DNA of 64,000 nucleotides from Octopus vulgaris (Eukaryota): NCBI GenBank assembly GCA_951406725.2, contig OX597824.1, positions 60,760,001 to 60,824,000 of the forward strand, read 5' to 3'. Shown piece by piece: positions 25,839 to 39,351 of this stretch (position 1 is its first letter; each line of letters starts with the position of its first letter). The notes under the pieces were generated by a model. It saw only the letters and a program-made list of their open reading frames with translations, ran no database searches and was not told where the DNA came from. The position numbers and the translations under genes were made by a program.

Positions 25839-26169
25839 CTAATCAATAGAACAGATATTTATAAAGCCTAATTTAGAGTAGAAATTCTTAAAATATAATT
25901 ATAATGGCTTTTCTTAATACCTGAAACTGGCATGTGAATGATGCCCATCTAGATTGTTTGTAAATGACACCAGAGCAGAACAATTCCTTGAGGTGTAAAG
26001 AATGGTATCATTCATTTAGGTATGTGTGTGTGTGTGTGTGTGTGTGAAATGAAGTACTGATAATGTAATGTTTATCTTAATCTCTTTCATAACATTTTGG
26101 CTGATCTTTATTTAGATTTTGCAGGAATTTGAAGTTCAAATTATTTCTTAAACAACAAACTTAACTTAC

Positions 26170-26251
26170 CAGATTTGTATGCATGTGGAGATTTTGAAAT
26201 GCAAGCCGTGTGATTTGCTATTCCATGGTATTTTCTTGGGCAGTTATTTAA
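26170..26251 (-). CDS. CAP/CRISP gene exon: N-terminal Cys module LNNCPRKYHGIANHTACISKSPHAYKSG
   Basis: Acceptor tttctgccttccAG and donor GTaagt. 82 nt, phase 0-1. The C...HTxC motif precedes the CAP domain in many invertebrate CAP proteins. Confidence 0.88.
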
Positions 26252-26321
26252 CTGGAAGGCAGAAATAAAAGTTAGGAATGATCAAAGAGTATAGATATTC
26301 AATTTTCTGGGATATCTATAC

Positions 26322-26356
26322 CTTGCTTTGATTCTTGAGATTCAAATATTTGGCAT
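26322..26356 (-). CDS. Putative short linker exon (D)AKYLNLKNQSK
   Basis: Tandem acceptor tAGtAG (start 26356 or 26359) and donor GTatag. Phase 1-0, so it bridges exon 29160-29238 to exon 26170-26251 in frame across a 70-nt intron. Confidence 0.45.
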
Positions 26357-27179
26357 CTACTATATAGAATTTCACATAAAAACATCTTTCTCATTTTGGG
26401 ATCTTGTAAAAAATGGGCCTGCTTAACAAAGTGATGAAGGATCATTAAGTTCCTTCTTCAGATGGTTAAACTAAACTGATAATTTAAAACTGTTGGTCTC
26501 ACACTTTAGAAATAGTTTCTTGTTTTGATTATATTTTTGAGGAATTTTATCTTTGAAGTGGAAAAGAAAGTATTCAGGAATTAAGCATTAAATGAATGCA
26601 ATAATTAAAACTTTCAATATTGTAGTTTCTACGATAAAGATTATTTCATTCATTAATCTGTTTTAGTCATTGAACTGTATCAATGCTGTGGTATCATGTT
26701 GAAAGGTATTTAAGCTTATATTAGCCCAATGCTGTGCCTGGTACTACAAACTTGGAAGAGAAAAAAGGCAAGATTTAAAAAGGATCATAACCTATCACAA
26801 AGTATTTTGCCATCCACACACATATACATTCAATGGCAATCCATATTGTTTCCATCAGCTGCATTTTACTCACAAGAATTTGGTTGACCCATTGATAGAG
26901 CACAGTTTTCTCAAATGGAACTGAATGCAAATCATGTGACTACAAAACAAACCTTTTAGCTACATTCATGTCATCATTTATATAGAAAAGTTAATGGAAC
27001 ATTTTTTACCGAGTATCCTAAGGCTGATTCTTCCAATTCTGCTTTTAGAGGTGATTTTACAAAAGTTAGTAGTGAATCTACAACATATAAAATTTACATG
27101 TATTTAAATATATAGTGTATGTGTATGTGTGTGTGTGTATACATACATACATACATACATACATACATACATACATACA

Positions 27180-27253
<74 letters not shown>

Positions 27254-27300
27254 TACTTGGAAATGGATGTGTGTTGTTCAATTATATAATAATATAAATA

Positions 27301-27339
<39 letters not shown>

Positions 27340-27341
27340 CG

Positions 27342-27581
27342 ATTGCAGCGTGGGAGGTATTTATAAACCATTTAAGAAGCAGACAAAAACCGTTAGATTC
27401 ACTTCAACATTTAAATTTAATTTGATTTAATTCAAATGATGCAGCACGGAATTTTGTCAGTTAACAGGTCGTGGTTTTAAAGCGACGAAAATATTTTGAC
27501 AAATTAAATTTAAATGTCGAAGTGAATCTAACGGTTTTTGTGTGTTTATTAAAAGGCTTATAAAAACCTTCCATGCTGCAA
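27342..27581. repeat. Inverted repeat (about 83-bp arms) with a hammerhead-like variant at 27453-27503
   Basis: 27342-27424 is the reverse complement of 27500-27581. Adjacent to (TA)n. Confidence 0.75.
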
Positions 27582-29159
27582 TTTTTTTTGTTCCAGCACA
27601 CAATTTCAGATCAGGTCACTTGCTATGCAAGTACATTTCCATAATATATATATATATATATGCATATATACATACATATATGTACATACTTACATATATA
27701 TGTATATATGCATATATGAGTACAGGACATCACAAAATGTAAACAACATGAAATACGAAGATGAACATTTTTTTGCGAATGAGAGAAACAAATGGAAAAC
27801 AAGACAAGTAGCATCAAAAAAACAACCCTTCATCAGTTGTCGGCTGTTTATCTACTCCACATTTCGAACAATTCATAACAATATGTGCCTTCGAGTAAAC
27901 AGTTGCTCCTGCAACCAAAATATAATTTGGGATTTGCGGAGGGTGAAAGTTGGTAACAAAAACAGGACAGTGAAAACAAGCAATGAGGGCTGCTAGGCCA
28001 TATGAGGTAAGGTTGCGAACGCTGGAGGAAAAATTTTTGACAGGAGAAAAGATAGAAGTGGAGACAGACAAGAATGCATCTGGTCTGTGACACAGACAGA
28101 AAGAAAAGATGATCACATGGGGAAAAGAAAGGTGGATGATGATGAAAAGAAAGGTGGAAGAGAGTAAAAGTCGAAAGACGCCGGTTGTTAATGTCCTGTT
28201 GTTTGTATTTGTAATTGTGTACCATTTCTCGGTTTTTTTCTTTTCATACTTGTATTCATATACATTCGCTTGCTTTCTTCCAAAGAATCTACTGTTCTTA
28301 GCTTAGGCTTCCTTGGGGCCGGCCAGATTAGAGCAGTCTCAAGATTAACTGGCAGAAACTGCAGGGACGATCTGCTTCCTAACTGAAGATTGAAAGCGCT
28401 GAATGTTCTGTCCTTGTTTTTTCCTATCCTTTTTTGTATCATCTACGGTCCAAATGTTTTGTTGTCACCTGTTACATTTTCGTTCCATTTTTTGTTTTGA
28501 TTTTATATATATATATATATATCAGAGATGTAGTAATTTGCTGTACTTAATAAGACATGTGAATCTAAGTAAAATTGCTGTCTTCTAAACGTACAGACAT
28601 TTTTTGTAGGTTACAGAGTCACATAAAAAACACTTGTGCTAGAGCTGCATAAAAGTACCCAACACCCTCTGTTAAATGGTTGGCATTAGGAAGGGCATCC
28701 AGCCATAGAAACCATACCACAGCAGACAGTTGAAGTCTGGACAGCTCCCAGCTGGTCAGTTCCATGTCAAACCATCCAACCCATGCCAGCATGGAAAGCA
28801 GCCATTAAATGATGATGACAACGATGATGATATGTTGCTAGCTACCTAAAAATTCATAAGTCAGAAGAATCAGGATCTTGTATATTTGTCAGTAGAACAC
28901 AGCCATGCCTATGCCTATTTTGCCAATGTTTTTGCTAATTGTGTTCAATTGACCAAATATACAGTGTGTGTGTGTGTGTGTTTAATTAACAAAAACAAAA
29001 AAAAACAACAGAAAAGGAAAAAAACAAAAACACAACAAAAATGTAAAAAGAAAAAAAAAATACAACAAAAAATGGCAAAATATGACTATCTCCAAGTATA
29101 ACAATACAGAAAATAAAGTTATTAGAGTGTAACAGTGAGGTTTAATAATTGGTACTTAC

Positions 29160-29238
29160 CAAATGAGTGAACTTCCTCATATTTATTGTAGCATTCTGTA
29201 GGGTTTTGTCTTCCTTGCAAGTGTTGTGGACAATATTT
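29160..29238 (-). CDS. Putative exon, second copy of the N-terminal Cys module: KYCPQHLQGRQNPTECYNKYEEVHSF
   Basis: Strong acceptor ctatcttccctaacAG and donor GTaagt. 79 nt, phase 0-1. Same CP-x9-T-x-C spacing and same phases as exon 26170-26251. Confidence 0.7.
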
Positions 29239-30118
29239 CTGTTAGGGAAGAGATAGAGGAGTAAGTTAACAATAATGTCCATAAATGAGTTCTTACAATC
29301 CCAAACCGACCATCTTTTGGCAGAAAGTTTGGTATGTCCAACACTGCAGTTACTCACTTTTTCCTTGCTTCACTTTCCATCTTGATGGTCATATACTCTT
29401 TTACTCTTTTATCTGTTTCAGTCATTTGACTGCGGCCATGCTGGAGCACCACCTTTAGTTGAGCAAATTGACCCCAGGACTTATTCTTTGTAAGCCTAGT
29501 ACTTATTCTATTGTTCTCTTTTGCCAAACCACTAAGTTATGGGGACGCAAACACACCAGCATCGGTTGTCAAGTGATTTTGGGAGGACAAACAGACACAC
29601 AAACACATACACACACATACATATATATACATATATATGACAGGGTTCTTTCAGTTTCCATCTGCCAAATCCACTCACAAAGCTTTAGTCGGCCTGAGGC
29701 TATAGTAGAAGACATTTACCCAAGGTGCCATGCAGTGGGACTGAACCTGGAACCATATGGTTGGTAAGCAAGCCACTTACCACACAGTTACTCCTGCACC
29801 TATGGAGAGAATGAAGCCAGTAATCATGGCACAGATTCTAGAGAACAAGATTTTCACTTTAATTACCATATTTTTATTGAAATACACAGTTGTATCAGTT
29901 AATTGCGAAGGTAATGAATACTTCAATTACCCCATTATCTGTGAAATTAAATTTCACCGTCATTACAGTAATGGTGTTAACTATATACCAAAAAGTAGAT
30001 TTGATATTTTCTGCAAATTACTTTGCCTCAATAAACTGGACATATCGCAAAAAAAAAAAAAAAAGTTTCAAATGTGGTATTTCTCAACAAAAGATAGATT
30101 ACTATATAAAATTATATT

Positions 30119-30250
30119 TTGCAGATAATGGTTATGAATCACAGTGGAACAGGAGCAACCTTAGAATCTCTGAGGCCATCCTCATACATCAAAAGAAACC
30201 CAAGATCAACAATAGAAGGGAGTTACAGGAAGCTAGCTGGTTGCTATAGC
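30119..30250 (+). mobile_element. PLE GIY-YIG C-terminal remnant
   Basis: LRISEAILIHQKKPKINNRREL matches the ExxxIxxxxPxIN end of PLE endonucleases. Confidence 0.55.
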
Positions 30251-30750
30251 AATACCCTTCTGCACATGTCCACTCTACACACATACATCGGCAACATTCA
30301 TCAATTTCTTGAAAATGGGATTATAACCCCGTCCCATGCCAGCATGAACAATTGACATTAAATGATAATGATGATGATGATGATGATGACGATATATATA
30401 TATAAATAATTTTAAAAATTTTAAATAGGATAAAATCTTTATAAGAAATTATCAAGTCGTTAACATGAAAAACCTCATAAGGGAAAAATTTGTTAATTTT
30501 CCACCTTAAATATATTTATTTAAAATATATATTTTTAAATATAATTTTTTTTATATTGTAAATTTAACCAGAATATATTCAGTGCTGAATTTTATTCTGA
30601 ATAAACACTTATTCTGAGATGCAATTCGAAAAGCCTGCCTCTTACATAGATTTATGAGTGTGAACAATTCTATGTATTATGCTGGATACATTTGGTGTTC
30701 GTCTGGTATGTTGATTTTTTTGTTCATTTTTATGTGTCTTGATTATGCCT

Positions 30751-30806
30751 GCACTGAAGATTAAAAAGTGCATTTTGTGCACTAATTATGAAATCATATG
30801 ATCTGC
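30751..30806 (+). ncRNA. Type I hammerhead motif (partly degenerate)
   Basis: GCA-CTGAAGA-T..AGTGCA/TGCACT..T-GAAA-TCATATGA-TC-TGC. Palindromic stem III. Mismatch at the base of stem II. Confidence 0.6.
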
Positions 30807-32482
30807 AGCTGAATCTATTTTTAAAAGGCTCACTTCAAGAGTTGCAGTCCCTCCTGTTCAGTACAATGAGTTTATTATGGTAGTTTTGACTTTAAGAGTC
30901 CCTCCTAGCATGAGGCATTTATGTTTAGTAATGCCCTTAATATAAATATATATATCTATATCTATCTATCTATCTATCTATCATCATCCACACACCCACA
31001 GCCACACACAGTCTTCAATAACGTCGCCACACATACCTATTTCTTTATTACCTACAAGGGGCTAAACATAGAGGGGACAAACAACGACAGACATAGGTAT
31101 TAAGTCGATTACATCGACCCCAGTGCGTAACTGGTACTTAATTTATTGACCCCGAAAGGATGAAAGGTAAAGTCGACCTCGGCGGAATTTGAACTCACAA
31201 CGTAATGGCAGACGAATACGGCTATGCATTTCGCCCGGCACGCTAACGTTTCTGCCACACATACCACTATATGAGCAGCCACACATTACAGATGCACACA
31301 CTTACACACACTTGCACATGCACACACCCAGACCTGTCAAAGATTTGACAAAGTCACTGGTCCCTATTCGCATATACACTTGCACATTCATACACACCAT
31401 TCTCACATACACACACATGCATGCACACCTTCAGTTGGGGGTCACTGTCACTTTATTATCTTCCTTTCTTCCAACCCCTTCTTTCAAACACCTTTTCCAA
31501 TCAGCTGCCATGCTTGACCACTAAATCTAGTTTTTTTTTGCATTCTCTGTTTTTTCTCTTATTCCTCTCTGTTGAAGAGCATAGGCTCAAAACATAAAAG
31601 ACTTTTTCATTTTACATTTCCCTGAGCATCAGACTAATTACACCTGCTTGTTGTTCATACAATTGTCTTTGTCTTTTGTTTTTCTATAAATGTACACATG
31701 AAGGAAGAGAGGAGGTGGGTAGGAGTGAAGAAAGGAAGGAGATGTCAGATGAAGTGAGGAAGTAGGTGTCAGATTAAGAGAGGAGAGGAGTCAGATGAAG
31801 AGAGGGGAGGGTCAGATAAAGAGAGGAGGAGAATTGAACCATGTGGTGGAAAGGAGCAAAGAGAGATTAATTCCTGTTCATGGCAAGGGCAGAAGACTGG
31901 ATGGTTCACATGCAAAGACAATCCAAACACAGACATGTTGTGGAGAATGACCTGTAGAATGGAAATTAAGTGAGACCGGGGTATCGTTGCTGAGTTCGAT
32001 GTCAGCCAAGTGGCATCTGACCAATGTACAGGGAAGAGCAGAAAGAGCAGGAGATGCAGTAAATAACAATACTGGAAGTGCAGGTGAAGGAGTTAGTGAT
32101 GTGATAGGGACGATGATGGGTGCCTGTGAGGAGGGTAGTGTTGGAGATGTAGGGGATGAAAAGGGAGAGATTCAATGGATATAAATTAATTTATTAATTA
32201 TCACCATTACCTACTATTGATTCATTTCATTGAATTTAAATAACAAAACATATATAAATATATAAGTTTGCATTTCAAAATGCCTTGGGTGGAAAATCTT
32301 CAGGGCATGAAATGGGAGAATACAGAGATTATATTTTGATTGGTTGAAATACTCCAGTAGACTAAGAATGTATAAGCATGTTTATTATGAGTGTATATGT
32401 ATTGTGTGTGTGTGTGTGTGTGGATGAGTTAAAATTTTTATTTTTATTTTTAATTATGGAGTTTCTACCTAAGCTTTTTCTT

Positions 32483-33345
32483 CAGATTGAGCAGGGCCAT
32501 CTACCTGAAGGGGTTAGTGATTTGTCTGCCTTCTTACTAAGACTTTGGCTTTTGCTAGATTGACTCTAAGGCCCTTCAATCCTAGACCTTGCTTCCACAC
32601 TTGAAACTTCTTCTCTAGTTCTGATAGTGATTCAGCTATTAGGGCAAGGTCATCAGTATAGAGGTGCTCCCAGGGGCAGCCTGTCTTGAATTCTTCTGTT
32701 ATTGCCTGGAGGACTATGATGAATAAAAGGGGGCTAAGGATTGATCCTTGGTGAACCCCTACTTCTACCCAGAATTCTTCACTATATCAATTGCCAACCC
32801 TCACCTTACTGACAACATCCCTGTACATGGCTTGTACAGCTCTCCCCAACCACTCATCTATCCCTAGTTTCTGCAATGACCACCAGATAAGGAAGTAGGA
32901 ACCCTGTCAAAGGCTTTCTCCATGTCAATGAAAGCCAAGTACAGGGGCTTATCTTTGGCTAGGAATTTCTCCTGCAGCTGTCTTACCAAAAATATTGCAT
33001 CAGTGGTGCTTTTCCCTGGCACAAACCCAAACTTGTCTAAACTAACTCTCTTTCTAATTAGTTGGGCTATGATCCTCTCCATGACTTTCATCACCTGATC
33101 CAACAGTTTCATACCTCTGTAATTATTCCTATCTAATGCATCTCCATTACTGGTGCTGCTATGCCAGTCACTGAGTATGACTCCTTCATGTATCACCAGG
33201 TCGACTATATGGGTGACTAGACTATAGCTTTCACTGCCAGATATTTTAAACATTTCAGCAGTGATTCCTGATGGGCTGGAGGCTTTCCCTGTCTTCATAC
33301 TCTTAATTGCTTCATCTACCAAGCTACTGTTAATTCGAATAGCAT
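32483..33345 (-). mobile_element. RTE LINE RT fragment
   Basis: NYRGMKLL...FGFVPGKSTTDAIF...AFIDMEKAFDRVP. Confidence 0.88.
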
Positions 33346-33628
33346 TCACTATTTCCCCTCGTTTGTTTTCATTCGGTTTCCCTGTATGTCTCTACTGTCC
33401 TGTTTTTGTTCCCAACTTTGACCCTCCATAAATCCAAAATTTTATTTTGGTATTTATGGGAGCAACTGTCTTTGAAATCTCATATTGTCATTGATTGCTC
33501 GAGATGGGGAGTAGATAGACAGCCAACAACTGATGAAGGGTCGTTCTTTGTATTCTTTGAATTACTTATCTTGTTTTCAATTTTGCATTTCATGTTGTTT
33601 ACTGTTGGTAACATCCTGTACCCATATA

Positions 33629-33673
<45 letters not shown>

Positions 33674-35457
33674 ATTATTATTATTATTATCTAAAGTTGG
33701 CTGTTATGTCTGGTCAGAAATTGACAATTAGTTTTGCACCTATAAAATGCTTAGCTGTATAAGTGACTTGTCATATTCAAATGGGCAATGGCACATAATA
33801 TCTCTTTATATATGCATATATGTATTTATATATGATGAGCTTCTTTTAGTTTCTGCCTACCAAACTCTCTAACAAGTCTTTTTTGATCAGTTTGTGCTAT
33901 CAAGTAAAAGACATTTTCCAAAGGTGTAAATAAACAATAATGTATGTTGTAAGAATAGGGAATCTTCAGAGACTGGAGTTATTGTTATTGTGGTGAGGAT
34001 GGTGGTGGTTGTCTAGTCCCAGGTCACCCTGAGTAAGCAATTATTTTTCAGAGAATTCCATTTGTAACCAGCCCTTCTTTTTTATGAGCACGTAGGACTA
34101 ATTTTGTTTGCTTTTTATTTTATATTTAATGTGGTAGTATGTGATATGAGGGAAATTAAGCTGTTATTTCTAGCGATTAAAAAAAGACTTCCTTGTTGAT
34201 CCAGCAGAGTTTGGAGTGGAATAAATCAGCTGTGGGATTTGCTGGATGTGAAGTTTAATTAATTTGTTGTGGTTCAGCAGAAACAGTTTGACCCTTAGAT
34301 GAAGAAAACTATACATTAAATAAAACTAGTTTGTGCTTGTGATAATGATGATGGTGATGAGGTGATAATAAGGATGACGATAATGATGACAACAATAATG
34401 ATGATGACGTTAATGATGCCGACAATAATGATGATGATCATAATGTTGATGATGATAATGATGATGATGAATTGTAATTTAGGCAGAAGGCTAGCAGTTT
34501 CAAGGGTAGGGGCAAAGTCAGTACTATCAACCCCAGTATTTGACTGATATATTTTATTCACTCCAAGGGTGAGAATGAAAGACAAAACTGACCTGGACAG
34601 ATTTTGAACACAGAATGTAAAGAACCAGAAAAAATACCACCAGGTAATTAGTCAGATGCCATAATTACTCTGTCAAATTATTATTCTGTAGCTGCAGCTG
34701 ATAATAATGATAGCCATGGTTGTCATGGTAATAATGATAATGAGGGTGGTGGTGTTTGTGGTGATGATACTATTGGTTTCAAATTTTTGCACAAGGCCAG
34801 ATAATTCAAGGGAGAGAGTAAATTGATTATATTGACCTTCGCGTATTCAACTGTTAATTATTTTATCAACCCAGAAAGGATGAAAAGTGAAGTCAGCCTC
34901 AGTGGAATTTGAACTCAGAATGTTAAGATGAATGAAATACCACTAAGCATTTTACCTCAGCATAAAAACAACTCTGCCTACTGATAACTAATATAAATGC
35001 TGATGGTGATAATGAACTTTTAGTTGTTTAATTCAATTTCAGCTTTGATTCATCAAGGGAATTCCAGACATGACCACATTGACTTGTTTTGTATAGCAAG
35101 AACTATATTATCTCAGGGCTGCTTCTCTTTTTTTAAGATTAAAAGATATGATTTGATGATGATTTGGCTGCCAGTCCCTAAAGATCAATCAACTACACAG
35201 AAGATTCATCAATGGGGTTCTTAACAATTAGTGCTTCTATCACTAATAATGAATTTTTACCCTGCTAGCAATACCACTGATTTGTTGATTAACTGTTTTT
35301 CCATATCAGTAGAAATTAAATCTAAACATTTGTTTTTAGTAAATACTTGCAATAGATGACACTCAAAGAAGCAAAAATCTAGATTTAGCAATTCCACAGT
35401 GGCTGGTGAATGTTTTTGCCTGCTGCTGATATAATTCTGTGGTTTTTAGCACTATAC

Positions 35458-35517
35458 ATCCATAAAGATACATTCTTGAGATGAATACTGCAGTTGTCTG
35501 TCCTTTTTACAATAAAT
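35458..35517 (-). CDS. Candidate exon, possible third Cys module IYCKKDRQLQYSSQECIFMD
   Basis: AG/GT bounded, 60 nt, phase 0-0. YC-x11-EC spacing is identical to exon 29160-29238. The acceptor lacks a good pyrimidine tract. Confidence 0.3.
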
Positions 35518-35675
35518 CTATCTTAAGTAATATATACATAATGGTATATACCCCCCTCTCTCTATATATATGTACTGAGAGAGAGAGAGAAATTTTATCA
35601 ACATAAATAAAAATGGAGAATACATACATAGGATAATCAATTTATTTATTAATTAATTATCATAGTCAATTCATA

Positions 35676-35766
35676 TTGCCAACATGACATTTCAGTTTGT
35701 TATTCCATCCAAATTTGCACATTTAAGTGCATTATGAAATTGAAAGCAAAAACTTCTTCAGGGCAA
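35676..35766 (-). ncRNA. Type I hammerhead motif (degenerate stem III)
   Basis: On the minus strand: TTGCC-CTGAAGA-AGTT...AACT-GAAA-TGTCATGTT-GGCAA. Confidence 0.5.
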
Positions 35767-36332
35767 ATTGACTTCCTTTGTTTCACATACTAATGGATGG
35801 AGAGTTTATTCCAATTGAGTCGTAGCATGTGTGTCTTGAATTCTGTTCTAAAAATAGCCATAAGTTGATTTTGACCTTACTGAACAAGGATAGGCATATT
35901 TCAGAATAACTAGGTTATGTTGCTATTCATCCTTTCAGTAGTGCTGAATAGCTGTTTACAAGCTAGCCACTACTTTTCAACCTATTCAGTATGTTCATAA
36001 CACATTCTTTGCTTCTTTATTCTACCCCATCTGTTAAATCATTGACCATATCAGCTTACAAATGTGCCTCTACCATTTGCAATATATCGTATCCATAATA
36101 CATTCCTCTACTCTCTTATTATTGATAGAATAAACCTAAGTATGTACTCATTTGCTACTTATTTGTTTATTATAGAAATTGATATTAGTTACTATTAATA
36201 TAATCAGTTATAAGTTGATAATTTGGGTTCCTACATATATTTGCCTATTTGATTTAAAGTATAGAAGCATGATTCCTAGGTATCATATATACAGAGTTTA
36301 TCTATCTATCTATCTGTGTGTTTGTCTGTCTT

Positions 36333-36425
<93 letters not shown>

Positions 36426-36499
36426 ATGCATGTGTATCAATGAATGACAAAAAGACAGGAGGTGTGTAACGACTTTCATTAACATGCAGCTGTTTTTGA

Positions 36500-37785
36500 T
36501 ATAGGAGAAACCAAAGTCTTAGAAAGTAGGAAAACAGACAAATCACAAATCTCTTCAGGTAGATGATCTTGCTCAAGCTGTAGAAAAGGCATGGTTAGAA
36601 AATCCATAAGATGTACCCCTGCGGACACATAATAGGTGCAGCAATATCAGACGGAGATTAACTGGGAAAATAGTTCTTGTGTGTGAAAGGTGCAGAAAAT
36701 AGACTCCATCGACTGCTAGGGAAGGGTAAGCTAGAGGTAGTAGATAGCTTTCATTATTTAGGTGACCAGGTCAGTAACAGTGGTGGATGGTATGGGAGCA
36801 TAGCTGAGAGAATAAGAATGGCCATGGCAAAGTTCAGAGAGCTCCTACCTCTGTTGGCAACAAAGAGCCTCTCCCTCAGAGTGAAAAGCAGACTGTATAA
36901 TGCCTGTGTGTGAACCACTATGTTACATGGCAGTGAAACATGGGCTGTGACTGCTGAGGACATGTGTAGGCTTGAAAAAATGAAACTAGTATGCTTTGCT
37001 GGATGTGCAATGTCAGTGTGCATGTATGACAAAGTGTAAGCATTTTGAGAGAAAAGTTGGGCTTAAGAGGCATCAGATTAGTGAGCAAGAGAGACAACTG
37101 TGCTGGTATGGTCACGTGATGTGTGTGAAAGAGGACAGCTGTGTAAAGAAGTGCCTGTTGCTAACTGTGGAGGGATCCTGTGGTAGAGGTAGACCCAAGA
37201 AGAAATGGGGTGAGGTAGTGAAGCATGATCTTCAAACGTTGGGTCTCATGGAGGTAATGAGTAGTGACTGAGACCTTTGGTGATATGCCATGCTTGAGAA
37301 GACCTGTCAAGCCAAGTGAAATTGTAGTCATGACTGATGTTGGTTTCATGCAACTGGCACCCATCCCAGTGGCACATAAGGAACAGCATTTGAATGTTAG
37401 GCGTTGTGGAGACAACATGACAGATGCTGGTGTTGTGTAACTAGCACCTGTGCCAATGGCATGTAAAAGACACTTTCTGAGCATTATGCTTCACAGAAAC
37501 AATGATGAATGACCGAAACCCTTGGTGATTTGCTGTGCCTGAGAAGACTCATCAAGCTTAGTGAAATAGTAGTTGTGACAGATACTAATGTCACACATCA
37601 AGCACCTGTGCTGGTGGCATGTAAAAGCACCCATTACAATCTCAGAGTGGTTTGTGTTAAGAAGGGCATCCAGCCATAGAAACCATTCCAAATCAGACTG
37701 GAGTCTGGTGCAGCCTTTCAGCTTTCCAGCCCTGGTGAAACCGTCCAACCCATGCCAACATCAGATGTTAAATAATGATGATGAT
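36500..37785 (+). mobile_element. RTE LINE 3' fragment with UTR and tail
   Basis: LEVVDSFHYLG, ERQLCWYGHV and GRGRPKKKW, then a (GAT)n tail. Confidence 0.85.
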
Positions 37786-39351
37786 GCGACATTGTACTCA
37801 AAGGTAAGTGCTTGTGCAACATCTTATAGCTTTACACACACACACACAAAGGAATAATAAGATACGATGGATAGTTGTCAGTTCATTACCATGCAAGTAT
37901 ACCGTATGCTATATTCAAGGAACTAACCATTCTATCTGTGGTGTACCCAGTATTATGCAATAGCGATAGCAAAGACATCTAACCTAGAAGTAGCAGCCTG
38001 CACACCCTAGCCAGTTCTTTTCCAATACCACTAGGTAAGTAATCCCTTACATCAAGATACAGTTATTTGTGCTGTGCTTGTTAAATAATAGATAGAACAC
38101 CCTTTCCCAAACCTCTTACTCATGAATATTGTCCAGAGTTGCTTTACCTGATCCACACAATGATGATTATTCTATCTAATTATGTAACATTAATGCCACC
38201 TGTATAACATTCCATTTTGTTAACCATTAGGCTATTCCGTACTGCTGGCTTTCTTTGATTTTCTCTAACTCCATACTAGGTCTAGTTTATTATATAAACC
38301 GATCCTTCTTTAAACTCCTTAATGATAAGTAGTACTGTACTACTACTACCAGCTTTTCCCTCTCCAGGCAAACATGTCCAAATATTACAAGTGGTCCCCA
38401 CTAATCCATATACATTTTCGTATCTAAAACAACACCCTACATCATTCCTCTTCAAACTTAACACTACAATTCCATTAAAGTTAGATCTTATTAATTGATT
38501 GCCTTTCAACCAATATCCACAGAATACACCTAAATTCAACGTATCTCTGCCCTCCTCCCTTTGTCCTTTATCCTTAGCTAGGGAATCCTAAACCCCAAAC
38601 CTATAGCTAATTGGCTTGTTTGTTTTATTTTTCTTCACCCTTACCTTTGCTTTCTTTATTCTTTATTTCTTTATCCTTAATATATATTACATCATCTCCT
38701 TGCTACCCACTGCTCTAAGCCTACTATAATAAAATATCACCTTCACCCCACTCCTGCCCACCTGAGAACCAGTCTAACAGACTCCTATCTCACCCATGTC
38801 ACTGACCTTAGATATCATATTGCACACTTTCATGAACTATATTCTTAATGTCAACGGCCAGCTTTGTTGGTCATTCTCCCATTTCATAGTTGCCCTTGAC
38901 AGACTTCAGCTATATCACTGCTGCATTCTTGGAATATTCTTTTGTTTGTAAAATTACCTTTCATCTGATGAATATGTTTTTTTTTTGTAATTGAGTAATG
39001 TTCTCATTCTTCTATTTAAAAATGTGTAAGAAACAACTGTAATAAGCTGACATTTATCCATCACCTGTTATTATTCATTTGATTATAATACACCAAGGGG
39101 ATTTACGACTTCTTGGACTCCCTAGAGTATACCAACAATGTACTATTTAAAGTAACAAGTGATTTGAACTAGCCCTAGGCACTATATACTCATAAGGATG
39201 GTATTCTCTGTGTACACAACTGGAATATCATATTTGATACTTAACAACCACAGGTTTCTATTTGATCCTTACCAACCATAGGCTGGAACCAGCCCTACCT
39301 GATTCATATCTTTTCAAGTAACTGATTCTATATATATATATATATATATAT

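Noticed and set aside
29358-29390. GTGAGT donor 119 nt upstream of exon 29160-29238
   Set aside because: The phase-0 frame contains TGA and the segment abuts a SINE tail.
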